The notes: generated by a model not told the origin, from the sequence alone. DNA of 32,000 nucleotides from Haloferax volcanii DS2 (GCF_000025685.1 NC_013968.1:30001-62000); one strand, 5' to 3'. Positions 17,739-26,368 are shown, numbered from the stretch's first letter. Program-made: numbers and translations.

Positions 17739-18675
17739 CTACAAAATCATATTCCCTATGGAACGCCTTACGGAACAAGCGGCGCGAGGAAACAATGGCC
17801 TATGCGAACCAAACCACGCCAAGCGGCGACCGGAGGGGCAGGCAGGCCGAGCGTACGAGAACGACCAGAGAGCGAGCGACGACGAGAGGCGACACCAGTC
17901 ACATCACAAAACAGAGAAGACACCCGATAGAGCGACGATAAAGACACCGGGGGGAACGTCACGAACCCCCCGGCAGTGACGCGGTCAGCGTCACCATGAC
18001 ACCGGGCACGGCGACGAGACTGGGACGTCGCAATGAGGGGAGAAACAGCAGCCACGGCAGAAGCGACCACGTCGAAAACGACACAGGACCGTGGCGGCGA
18101 AAGGAGTGACGACCAGGACAACGCCAGCGGCGACCGAAAAGTGAGCGAAACGCGACCAGAACTCTGAGCCCGCGAACAGCGACCAATGGCGACCACGTGA
18201 CGAGCGACGACGACGACGGTGACGGGGGCGACCGTGATAGAGAACTCCGTCGACGACGATTTACAAAACGAACCAGCGGCCGACACCCTACGACAGTAAC
18301 GACGTCGAGAGCTAACGTGGCGCCACAGAATGAGTGTGGACTGTGGTTCCGACGGCGGAACCCCGAGAGAAACGAGAGCGAAACAGCGGTCCAGATGTTG
18401 GAGGCAATGACCGTGGGGACACCGGCCTGCAAATGCGAGGACGAGTATCCGGTGGTGGTGAGCGAGCAGCGACGAGAACTGGCCTCACAGCGCCGTCAGT
18501 CATCTTCCGAGACGTGAACGAATATGGGCCTGCCAGCAATGCAAACGTACCTGAGTGCGACTGTGAGCGATGGCGAGTGAACTCCCGGCCTATCGACGCC
18601 GATATCTCGAGTTCGATGACGATACCGATGCCGGAGAGGCGAAGACGGGGACTGCAGAAGCGACGCCCCAATTAG

Positions 18676-18723
18676 ACATATACGCTCACATATACGTCCA
18701 CATATACGTCCACATATACGTTG
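18676..18723. repeat. four tandem copies of a 12-bp AT-rich unit ACATATACG(C/T)(T/C)(C/G)
   Basis: Read directly: ACATATACGCTC ACATATACGTCC ACATATACGTCC ACATATACGTTG. CATATACG recurs at 19163-19170. Confidence 0.9.
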
Positions 18724-18920
18724 ACGGTGAACGCGAAACGTGAGGCAAGACGAGACGAGACGTGGAATCCCAGCTGTACGCCTCGACCATCAAGACTGCT
18801 GGTGACGATGGCTGGTGAATCCCCGCTCCGAGGGAGCGAGCGGGTATCCCAAGCGAGCGACTGAGCGCGGTGCGGTGTTTCTGACGACGAGGCCAGGCCT
18901 CCATGTGCTGCTTGTCGAAC

Positions 18921-19022
18921 TGGTGGGTGTCCGTGTGAGCGATGCCGTCTGGTGTCTGGCCTGTCGACGACCGTCTGGTGTCCGTGTGAGCGATGCCCGC
19001 GTGGTGTCCGGCCTGTCGATGG
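18921..19022. repeat. two tandem ~51-bp units, each made of two ~26-bp TGGTGTC-containing sub-repeats
   Basis: GTGTCCGTGTGAGCGATGCC occurs at 18927-18946 and 18978-18997. TGGTGTC(T/C)GGCCTGTCGA occurs at 18950-18967 and 19002-19019. Confidence 0.85.
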
Positions 19023-19345
19023 CAGGTTCAGAGTTCAACGTGCGGTGCTGTTGCGTGCGGCAGTCGCTTGGGGCCCGCCTCAATTCGTGCCAGTCTGTCA
19101 GGTCCGGTCAGGCGCTGTTGCGCTATCTCAGCATATTTGTCGAGTACAAGAGACATACAACGCATATACGAATTCATATATGGATCTCTTGAAGTTCTCA
19201 GCCGCTGGGAGTTTACTGAGTTCGTGCTGAATACAGCGCTCGTGACTTTGCACCGCCAGTTAGACTCTCGGAGTTCACACAACCCGCTCGCACAGTCTTT
19301 CTCGTTCAGCAAGCTTGCGCGTACTACGAGCGCGGTGGCTGGAAC

Positions 19346-20146
19346 TCACGACTCATCACGTTCTTCCCACTCCGGACGTGGTGTCGGGGACGGGAGCTCA
19401 GCAACAGCAGCTCGGAGTTCTTCCTCCGTTGTCCATGGGAAACACCGATCGTGTAATTCGAATTTTCGGAACTTGTTGAGATGCACCCAACTGTACGCTG
19501 CTGGGTCCTCTCCCGTGTCTGTCCGGTTGCTGAGCACCTCCCAGACTTCGTCTTCAGCGATGTTGATGCCAGTGTCTTGTGCACGCTCGAGGAGCGACTT
19601 GATTTTTGACGCTGCTTCATCCTCCGTCAAGTCATCCGTAAATGCAATCTCAAGCGCAGCCTGAATGACGTGGTGTTTCGACTCAAGGTGCGCATCAGTG
19701 ACCCACGAGTAGTCGCGTGGGTACACGTACGATTTCTCGAAATACGGTGGGTCATCGATCTCGCCTAATTCCGGCGCTTCCCCACCGCTTTCCTTCTCGA
19801 AGACACCGACGATATAGTCGCTGTACGTCGCCAACAGGGAGAACATGATATCGAACGTATTGAGGCGGTCAGTCGGCAGTTCGATGAGATCCCCCATTAT
19901 GAACGGATACGCACCGAGTTGCCTCGTGAGTTCGTTCTGCACGGCACGGAGCTGGCGGATGTAGGGATCGCGATAGCTGCCAAGGATAAAGTACGATGTC
20001 CGCTGGCTCCAGAGATACGGCAATTCACGCCGGGTGAAGCGCCAAATCTCTCGCTTCTCTGCTGGTTCAAGTTCGAGGCCCCCAACAGCCTCGTGTACCA
20101 CCGTCATAATGTCCGCAGCATCTGGCGGTGGGCTTGGATCGCTCAT
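19346..20146 (-). CDS. hypothetical acidic protein (266 aa)
   Basis: Long ORF with haloarchaeal acidic composition, divergent from the HTH gene at 20262. No motif I can name with confidence. Confidence 0.6.
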   Translation of the reverse strand: MSDPSPPPDAADIMTVVHEAVGGLELEPAEKREIWRFTRRELPYLWSQRTSYFILGSYRDPYIRQLRAVQNELTRQLGAYPFIMGDLIELPTDRLNTFDIMFSLLATYSDYIVGVFEKESGGEAPELGEIDDPPYFEKSYVYPRDYSWVTDAHLESKHHVIQAALEIAFTDDLTEDEAASKIKSLLERAQDTGINIAEDEVWEVLSNRTDTGEDPAAYSWVHLNKFRKFELHDRCFPWTTEEELRAAVAELPSPTPRPEWEERDES

Positions 20147-20261
20147 TATCTGTCGGTTCAGACCACAACACTATATCTCTTCTGAACCACTTTGGTTTAT
20201 TCAATAAATACCAACTTGGGTGATCCGAACTGTTATAGCGCCGCTGCTCGTAGAGACACGT

Positions 20262-20750
20262 ATGAGCGAGAGTCACAGCGGAACAGCCGATGCGGGTCCA
20301 TTCGCGGAACAGCAACGGCTGTTCAAGCTACTGTCCCAAGATACGCGCCACCTCATCATCCAGGAACTGCTGGGCCATCCCGCCCATCTCATGTCGCTCG
20401 CCGAACTCGAGTACATGACTGGGAAGAGTCAGGCGGCCATCAAAGACCAGCTGGAGACGCTGATCGACGCCGGACTCCTCGCACGCTATACATACGAACC
20501 GAGCGAGGAGAAACGCGATCTCCCCTCGCAGTTCTACGGTTTCACAGCGCGTGGTGTCGAAGTCCTCTACGACTACAAGTATCTCCGTGGGCTTCCGGTC
20601 GCTCGAGCCCTCTACGAGAACACCCGTAAGACAGAGAAAGTTGAACGCCACGAATCGGCACCGCGACCGGAACTTCCAGTGGCGGTTTCGGAGGCACTCG
20701 AGTTTGACGAACCTGATCTCGATGCCGTCGACGGTAGTACGAACCAATAG
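20262..20750 (+). CDS. ArsR-like winged-helix transcription regulator
   Basis: FKLLSQDTRHLIIQELLGHP...MSLAELEYMTGKSQAAIKDQLETLIDAGLL is a typical haloarchaeal wHTH N-terminal domain. The ATG at 20262 is in frame with, and preferred over, the GTG at 20220. Confidence 0.65.
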   Translation: MSESHSGTADAGPFAEQQRLFKLLSQDTRHLIIQELLGHPAHLMSLAELEYMTGKSQAAIKDQLETLIDAGLLARYTYEPSEEKRDLPSQFYGFTARGVEVLYDYKYLRGLPVARALYENTRKTEKVERHESAPRPELPVAVSEALEFDEPDLDAVDGSTNQ

Positions 20751-20865
20751 CCCTCCCTGTCAGTTGTTGACAATGTGATCTACTTTAGTCAGTCTGACCG
20801 ACCTAGACACTGCGGAATCCTTGCCGGACATTGTTCGTTCGCTCATGTGTAGCAGATTGTTGATT

Positions 20866-21685
20866 TCAGAGAGTCGCTTTGACAGCGTGTTTGAGTGCTT
20901 CTCGACCGGGTTTTCTGAAGAGTTCGCTGCGTAGCTGAAAGGCGCGGAGATACTGTGTCAACTTGTCCTTCGAGACGCCTCGATGCGGCGAGAGCCACCG
21001 TCGCGCCAGCGACGCGTGGCTCTCGCAGGTGTTGACGTGAACATCTCCATCAGCGTACTCGCCGTCACCGTGGACGACGTATTCGCGGTGGAACTCGTCG
21101 TCGTCCTCCAGTGGGTCGTATGCCCGAAGTCCGTCGGTGTAGACGGTCAGCGACTCCTCCTCATGGTCAGCGAAGAGGAGTCGCACTGTCGATTCGTCAG
21201 CGGATTTCGCTGGGACGACGTATCGCTGCCCCGTTCCACGGTCAACGATGGTGAAGACGGGTGGTTTGTCTCCCTCATACGAACCACGCCCACGCGTGGA
21301 GAGGCCACGCGAGCGCGACTCTTGGTCGCGCTCGCGGCCTTTCAATCCGGCAGAGACGTACACTTCGTCGATTTCGACCGGTCCAACGAGGTCGAGCTGA
21401 GGCGCGTCGAGCGCTCTGGTAAAGCGCTCGACGCGACGGTGCATCGTCTTGTAGGTAACACCGATCTCCCGCTGAAGTTGGCGGAGACTCGTGTTAAACC
21501 GTAAGAACGCGTAAATCGAGAACAACCACTTGCGGAGCGCAACCTTTGAGTGAGCGAAAATTGTGCCCGTCTTATCGTTGAACGTGCGGTCGCAATTCTT
21601 ACAGAGATAGCGTTGAAACGCCCCATAGCTGCCGTTCGTGACCGTTCGGTCAGAACGGCAGCGGGGGCATTCGACGCCGTCACGC
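20866..21685 (-). pseudogene. IS1595-family transposase, C-terminal ~270 codons, severed from its start by the IS insertion
   Basis: The frame is open from the insertion junction. It encodes the Zn ribbon ECPRCRSDRTVTNGSYGAFQRYLCKNCDRTF followed by a DDE region. The first 21 codons lie at 23143-23205. Confidence 0.8.
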
Positions 21686-23130
21686 CATCTGTTCTAGTTT
21701 AGTAGCGATCAAAGCCGAACTCACCTCGTTCAACCTGCTCGCGTAACCGATCTCTGTGTGGATTTGGATTTCGTGACGCCCACAGCAACAGCTCGTCCAA
21801 ATCCGGCAGTCCGTAGCCCAACTCAACCATGAGATACAGTTGGATCAGATGAGCGTGGCGTTCGACGGCTAGCGAACAGCGACGCCGAGGGAGCCGCGAC
21901 GCCGACGAGTCGGCGTCTGCGGCGGCTTCGCCCTCTCGCTGTCTTGCCTCAAGTGACCGCAACTCATCCACGATTACACGGCTCATCATCAGCGAAATTG
22001 CCGACATGATGATCAGCGCCTCGATGATGTAGCCGTCGGTCGTCTTGATCTCGTCCAAGCCGAACCGCGATTTCAGCTCCTTGAACAGCAGTTCGACCTC
22101 CCAGCGCGCCCGATAGAGCTGCGCGATATCGGGCGCGCTGTAGCTTTCTCTCGCCAGATTCGTCAGATACAGATGATACTCGTCGGTCTTCTCGTTACGT
22201 AGTCCGACCAGTCGAAACGTCCGGGTCGCGCTGGCGCCCGACCCTCGTTTGCGCTCGAACGAGAGCGTGATGCGGACGTCGATCTCCTGTCGCTGCAGGT
22301 CGTCGAGGACGGCCTGCAGCGACTCTCCTTCCAGCGGAATGCTGTTGCCTCGCCACGTTCGCAGTTCTTCGACAATCTCGAAGTTCGCGTCGTCTTTGAC
22401 ACGAGAGACGAACCAACCGTCGTTCTTGTCGATGCGGTCGAACAGCCAGAAGTCGTAAAAGCCCAAATCAAGGAGAATGAGGGCGTCAGCTACCCACTCG
22501 CCGGTGGGTAGCTGACTCCGTTCATGAGTCGTCCCATCGGTTGTCCGGAATCGTGTCGGGAGCCCAGTCGAGAGAGATTCGGTGAGGTGAAGTTTCAGTT
22601 CGGCTTGATGGTCGCCGGTTGCTGTGTAGATATCAGCGGCGTCCTGGTACAGCGAAACGATGGTTGCGTCAGCAATGAGGACGTCTCGAAAGCGTTCGAG
22701 ACGGCCGTTCAAATCTTCTCGTCCGGTATCGAGATTCTCGATTGCGTCATCGAGAATCTCTCGAAGGAGTGCAACGAATCCTGGTTCGAACCAGTCGTGG
22801 AACGATGCGTAGGAGAGTTCGTCACAGTCAGCCATCTCGACGTAGCGTTCGAGAAATGCTTGGAGAGAGCGGTCTGAGCCAGCAGCGAAGCCAAACGAGA
22901 GTGTGTAGAACAGCGCAACGATGTCGAATTTCCGCTCTCGTTGGACGAGATTCGTTGCGCGAGCGCGCTCGCGCAACTCATCAGAGGGAAACGCTCTTTG
23001 AATCCGGTCAACTATGACCGAATCCGGTGGGCTGTAGGTCATACTTCCCACCGGGTTTCTCAATCAGGTAGTTGCGACGATATCAAATCAACAGACAGCA
23101 ACTGGATTCTTCGTTAAACTAGAACGGATG
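21686..23130 (-). mobile_element. IS4-family (ISH8-type) insertion sequence nested in the IS1595-family element
   Basis: IRs CATCTGTTCTAGTTTA (21686-) and CATCCGTTCTAGTTTA (reverse complement of -23130). Target duplication GCCGTCACGC(CA), 10-12 bp, at 21676-21685(87) and 23131-23140(42). The uninterrupted target sequence is visible in the copy at 31780-31800. Confidence 0.85.
21699..23063 (-). CDS. IS4-family DDE transposase
   Basis: 454-aa ORF with the IS4 Y-x2-R-x3-E-x6-K signature (YRARWEVELLFKELK) and the candidate catalytic stretches IADATIV and LLDLGFYD. The start may be the downstream Met (MTYSPPDS). Confidence 0.85.
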   Translation of the reverse strand: MRNPVGSMTYSPPDSVIVDRIQRAFPSDELRERARATNLVQRERKFDIVALFYTLSFGFAAGSDRSLQAFLERYVEMADCDELSYASFHDWFEPGFVALLREILDDAIENLDTGREDLNGRLERFRDVLIADATIVSLYQDAADIYTATGDHQAELKLHLTESLSTGLPTRFRTTDGTTHERSQLPTGEWVADALILLDLGFYDFWLFDRIDKNDGWFVSRVKDDANFEIVEELRTWRGNSIPLEGESLQAVLDDLQRQEIDVRITLSFERKRGSGASATRTFRLVGLRNEKTDEYHLYLTNLARESYSAPDIAQLYRARWEVELLFKELKSRFGLDEIKTTDGYIIEALIIMSAISLMMSRVIVDELRSLEARQREGEAAADADSSASRLPRRRCSLAVERHAHLIQLYLMVELGYGLPDLDELLLWASRNPNPHRDRLREQVERGEFGFDRY

Positions 23131-23205
23131 GCCGTCACGCCAGCGAACCTGTTCCAGCAGGTCCGCTGCGAGCGATTCCGAACCAAACACATCCAGCGGA
23201 ATCAT
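23131..23205 (-). pseudogene. N-terminal fragment of the interrupted IS1595-family transposase
   Basis: ATG at 23205 (minus strand) encodes MIPLDVFGSESLAADLLEQVRWRDG. This matches the N-terminus of the copy at 31727 (MIPLDVFGSESLAADLLQQVRWRDG). Confidence 0.8.
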
Positions 23206-23300
23206 TCGTGTCGGACACCGCTAACGCGGTGTCCTTGCCCTCTTCGATTCCAGAGCAACAGCTGAACTCTATCAACAATCTCCTACAGAAGAGCGATTGT

Positions 23301-24347
23301 TTATATATAGTCTACAGCCTCGGTGTGGACCCCGGGGATGTCGAAGTCTTCATATGCTCTCGGAAGTACGTATTTTCCAATACTATATCCATATCCATAT
23401 TTCACTTTTTCATCACCCCACTGGAGGCCATGTGCGTCCCAAAACCCACCAGTATATTTTCGGTCAACCAGTTCAGAAGTGGGTACTGCGAGTAACGCAC
23501 CACAACTAACGTTAGCGATACCAAGCCATTTCGCAGGGATTGTTAGCTTTTTCAGAGCAATGAAACAGATTGCACCACCAACAGCTCCAGAAGCAGTAGT
23601 TTCAACATCGTCAGAGAATTCGACCCAGATTCCTAGATAGTTGTGTGTGTCATATACTAAACCATTACATTCACCAAACTGATACGAATAATATCCATAA
23701 TCTTTGGTAATAGTATCAAGCGTGGCTTCTGTAATAGGGTCGAGATCTGTGGCTGATGCTTTGCTCTTTGAACTGCTGGCATCGTCTGTGAACTCTACAC
23801 CGTCTATTTGGAAATCTTCATCATCTAGCTCAATATCTGATGATGAAACCCGATCAGCTAGTCTCTCAGACTGCTCCGCTCCAGATGAAGTGATCTCTCC
23901 CTGTGTTGTTGGTTCAGTTTTCTCACTAATTACTTGGAGAGTACCTGTGTTAACCTCCAGAAGCTCACCTTCTTTGTCACTAACCTCTTTTCTCAGCTCT
24001 TGTTCACTTTTGGTCATCTTTTGGACATTGTCATCAGACTTTTCACCATTATCACTATTTTCTTGTTTATTCTTTTCCTCTTTATTAGACTTGTGAACAC
24101 CACCACTAAAATCGCGATAAAGATGCGAGACGCCAGATTCTTTCAACCGGAAAATCGCCTGAGAGTCATTTTCTGCTAACACCTCAATCTGAGGCTGGCT
24201 CTCTTTTGGAGGAGATTTGGATGTGGAGTTATTTTCCGCAGCAGCGACGGCTCCCGTAGATGCAAATGAACCGACAGCACTTCCAACTCCAATCTTCTTG
24301 AGTATGCTTCGCCGAGTTATGTCTTTATCTGACATACATGATGTCAA
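23301..24347 (-). CDS. Tat-signal secreted protein of unknown function
   Basis: The N-terminus MSDKDITRRSILKKIGVGSAVGSFASTGAVAAA carries a twin-arginine motif and an h-region. The middle is acidic and low-complexity. The C-terminal ~130 aa contain a hydrophobic stretch. The gene is very AT-rich relative to the rest of the window. The start is probably the ATG at 24335. Confidence 0.65.
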   Translation of the reverse strand: MTSCMSDKDITRRSILKKIGVGSAVGSFASTGAVAAAENNSTSKSPPKESQPQIEVLAENDSQAIFRLKESGVSHLYRDFSGGVHKSNKEEKNKQENSDNGEKSDDNVQKMTKSEQELRKEVSDKEGELLEVNTGTLQVISEKTEPTTQGEITSSGAEQSERLADRVSSSDIELDDEDFQIDGVEFTDDASSSKSKASATDLDPITEATLDTITKDYGYYSYQFGECNGLVYDTHNYLGIWVEFSDDVETTASGAVGGAICFIALKKLTIPAKWLGIANVSCGALLAVPTSELVDRKYTGGFWDAHGLQWGDEKVKYGYGYSIGKYVLPRAYEDFDIPGVHTEAVDYI

Positions 24348-24465
24348 TTGAATACATACTTTATAATTCTAATTATATGATGTGAGTGAAAAAACATCAA
24401 TGATAGGTCAACCAATTGAAACTTAATAGTAATTCACTAAATTGAGGCAGTAAATAATCACAGAC

Positions 24466-24757
24466 GGCACTGTCTAGTTAACAACCTCAACCGGCGTTCG
24501 ATTATCTAGTGCTTGATGCGATCGTTGGAAGTTATAGTAGTAACACGAACTGTGTAAGCCACTAGGCGGCGGCAGTCCGACTGCCGACCCACGAGTGATG
24601 GAAGCGGTCGATCCTCATTTTGAGGGTTTGAAACCACTTTTCGATGCGGGTTAGTCAACGTAGTCCAGATGACCGCTCTTCCCACGGTTTTCGCGGATAC
24701 TACTGCGGTCTTACTCCTCACCAAATCGCCAGATATGAAGACTATTTCAACAGAGAC
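24466..24757 (-). mobile_element. internally deleted IS6-family element (relic, ~290 bp)
   Basis: The minus strand encodes a typical integrase-core C-terminus YYNFQRSHQALDNRTPVEVVN-stop at 24475-24540. The right part (24670-24757) is homologous to MITE copy A, including the end ...TTTCAACAGAGAC. No intact transposase ORF and no clean target duplication. Confidence 0.6.
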
Positions 24758-24773
24758 ACGTAGACATAAATAT

Positions 24774-25133
24774 CTAAACCATCATCTTCAATAAACTAAT
24801 TATTAGCAAAGTGCCGAGGAAAGAGTATCCGATAACTCCAACAACACCCGGATATGATTGAAATGATAGAAGAAAGAAAATTGTGAAGATAATTGCCAGA
24901 ATACTAACAAAGTATTTAGGATTTTTCCCACTTTCAATTGGATAATATGAAAAAATGATGGCAATCGCCACACCAATAGCAACATATATGATTTCAAATT
25001 TCAGAATTGAAAAATCAGAATATGTAAAAACAACGACGGAAAGCGCAATAAGACCACAGATTGGCGCTAGTAAACTGATGTGATCTTCAATCCATATTTT
25101 CAATTTTGCAGATTCATTCATCATATTTGACAC
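24774..25133 (-). CDS. small integral membrane protein (119 aa, ~4 predicted TM segments)
   Basis: Four long hydrophobic stretches (LLAPICGLIALSVVVF, IIYVAIGVAIAIIF, YFVSILAIIFTIFFLL, GVVGVIGYSFLGTLLIISLL). About 33% GC where hand-counted. Confidence 0.6.
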   Translation of the reverse strand: MSNMMNESAKLKIWIEDHISLLAPICGLIALSVVVFTYSDFSILKFEIIYVAIGVAIAIIFSYYPIESGKNPKYFVSILAIIFTIFFLLSFQSYPGVVGVIGYSFLGTLLIISLLKMMV

Positions 25134-25191
25134 TATTTGATGGTGAACGATATAAATCTGTGGGCTAAAACCCTATATTAGCAGGTCGTCT

Positions 25192-25260
25192 CAGTACCTC
25201 ACAAAGCCGCTTAATTAGACGTCTGCTTGTTGAGAATGTACTCAAACACAGTAGCAGCAG
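25192..25260 (+). mobile_element. solo left-end remnant of an ISH3-family element
   Basis: CAGTACCTCACAAAGC (identical to the IRL of copy 2) is followed by ~55 bp homologous to the first bases of the ISH3 copies. Homology is then lost. Confidence 0.7.
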
Positions 25261-25339
25261 TAACTGAATAAATTGCCTGGCGTGCCACTGGTTAGTGAAC
25301 AAAGTTGTCACGTGCAACAGTCACCCGTGAAATCGGGTC

Positions 25340-25843
25340 CTACTGATACGGAGGAGATGGGAAGAAACTAATCTTTGAATCCCCCTCATAGTCACAATCA
25401 TACCCATCGGTCGGAACGACATAGTAGATAATGTCTTGAGCAGGATAGTTCAGCAATTTACCTTCTGAATCGTAGGTCTCGAAGTAGGTTACACGCTTGT
25501 CGACGATTCGAAACAAGTCGCCGCTACCCTCTGTAAACGGGGCAGTTCTGCAGATATCTTCGTTCATAACCAGCGCTCCGAACGAGACTAAATCGCCTTT
25601 TGACGCTGTGGCTACAGGCCCCTTGACTGTTCGACTTTCAAGTACCTCTCCCGTCGTATGGTGGACCAGAAGGAGGCCAGTATGTCTCAGCTCGCGGTTC
25701 GATTGTACTGGCACGCTATCCGTTCGTTCTCCCATGTCTCTTGCCCCTACGAGAAGCATAAACTCCGCTGCTTCTATCAAAAGTAGAGGTATTCGTGGAC
25801 TCTGCTGCTGTTCTGCGCTAAAATTTGTGAACCCGGTGTGCAC
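25340..25843 (-). CDS. hypothetical protein (167 aa)
   Basis: ORF with plausible composition, co-directional with and 55 nt downstream of the 70-aa ORF. No motif recognised and the start is uncertain. Confidence 0.45.
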   Translation of the reverse strand: MHTGFTNFSAEQQQSPRIPLLLIEAAEFMLLVGARDMGERTDSVPVQSNRELRHTGLLLVHHTTGEVLESRTVKGPVATASKGDLVSFGALVMNEDICRTAPFTEGSGDLFRIVDKRVTYFETYDSEGKLLNYPAQDIIYYVVPTDGYDCDYEGDSKISFFPSPPYQ

Positions 25844-25898
25844 GACGATCTCAGAAAGTCTTCAGACACACCTCGACCACTCAATGGGAGATACACTG

Positions 25899-26111
25899 TC
25901 ACTCCAACTCACGGCGTCCGCACTTGTGCCAACCCTTCTCTTCGGTGTAGTGCAGCGTATGCTCGACGTCACCGATACGGATGAACAGATGATCTTCTCC
26001 TAGCGGTGGGTTCTCATTAGTTGTTACAGAATCGAAGCCCCCGGATGTTTGGAGTTCATTGAGTTCGTCCACTCTGAGGGGCCGGTCAGGTAGTTTGTCT
26101 TGTATCGCCAT
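25899..26111 (-). CDS. hypothetical small acidic protein (70 aa)
   Basis: Short acidic ORF, divergent from orc1. No motif. Confidence 0.4.
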   Translation of the reverse strand: MAIQDKLPDRPLRVDELNELQTSGGFDSVTTNENPPLGEDHLFIRIGDVEHTLHYTEEKGWHKCGRRELE

Positions 26112-26368
26112 AGTCAGTAATCCTTGAATTCAAGGTTAGAGACACGGCTGAAATACCTATCGCGGGTGACCGTCAATTGTCTCACCACACAGAGAGCAAC
26201 GGCCCACAGTCAGATTCCTCTTCTACCAGGGTAGGAACGTTGGAAACGCGGTATTTAGTCAGTCATCAGATCGGTTGGCGTGTAGCGCATCTACAGGCCC
26301 GCTACTGCTGATTAAACGTTGGAAATGAGGGGTTGTCTTTATTACCTTCCCGTGAGGACGTGACAGAC

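Larger units (their letters stand above)
20840..23295 (-). mobile_element. IS1595-family (ISH4-like) element, interrupted by a nested IS4-family element
   Basis: The ends are CGCTCATGTGTAGCAGATTGTTGAT (20840-) and the reverse complement of CGCTCTTCTGTAGGAGATTGTTGAT (-23295). It is about 1.0 kb once the insert is removed. It matches the copy starting at 31637. No clean 8-bp target duplication was found. Confidence 0.75.

Noticed and set aside
17768-18675. Several overlapping 100-170-aa ORFs on both strands (17768..18286, 17959..18432, 18197..18517, 18334..18675, 18312..18671)
   Set aside because: They mutually overlap, and are basic and rich in R/S/P. None has a recognisable motif. I treat the region as non-coding with skewed composition; see the finding on the T-depleted stretch.
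18676-19022. The tandem repeats as a possible CRISPR array
   Set aside because: The 12-bp units are contiguous with no spacers. The 51-bp units occur only twice and are contiguous. No cas genes are present in the window.
18993-19664. 223-aa plus-strand ORF
   Set aside because: Its 3' half is antisense to the much more plausible acidic 266-aa gene, and its 5' half covers the tandem repeats. The composition is Ser/Arg-rich.
20829-23303. Target duplication for the interrupted IS1595-family element
   Set aside because: The flanks read ...CATTGTTCGTT | IS | ATTGTTTAT.... ATTGTT occurs on both sides, but it is not adjacent to the left IR as I placed it. No clean 8-bp duplication can be claimed.
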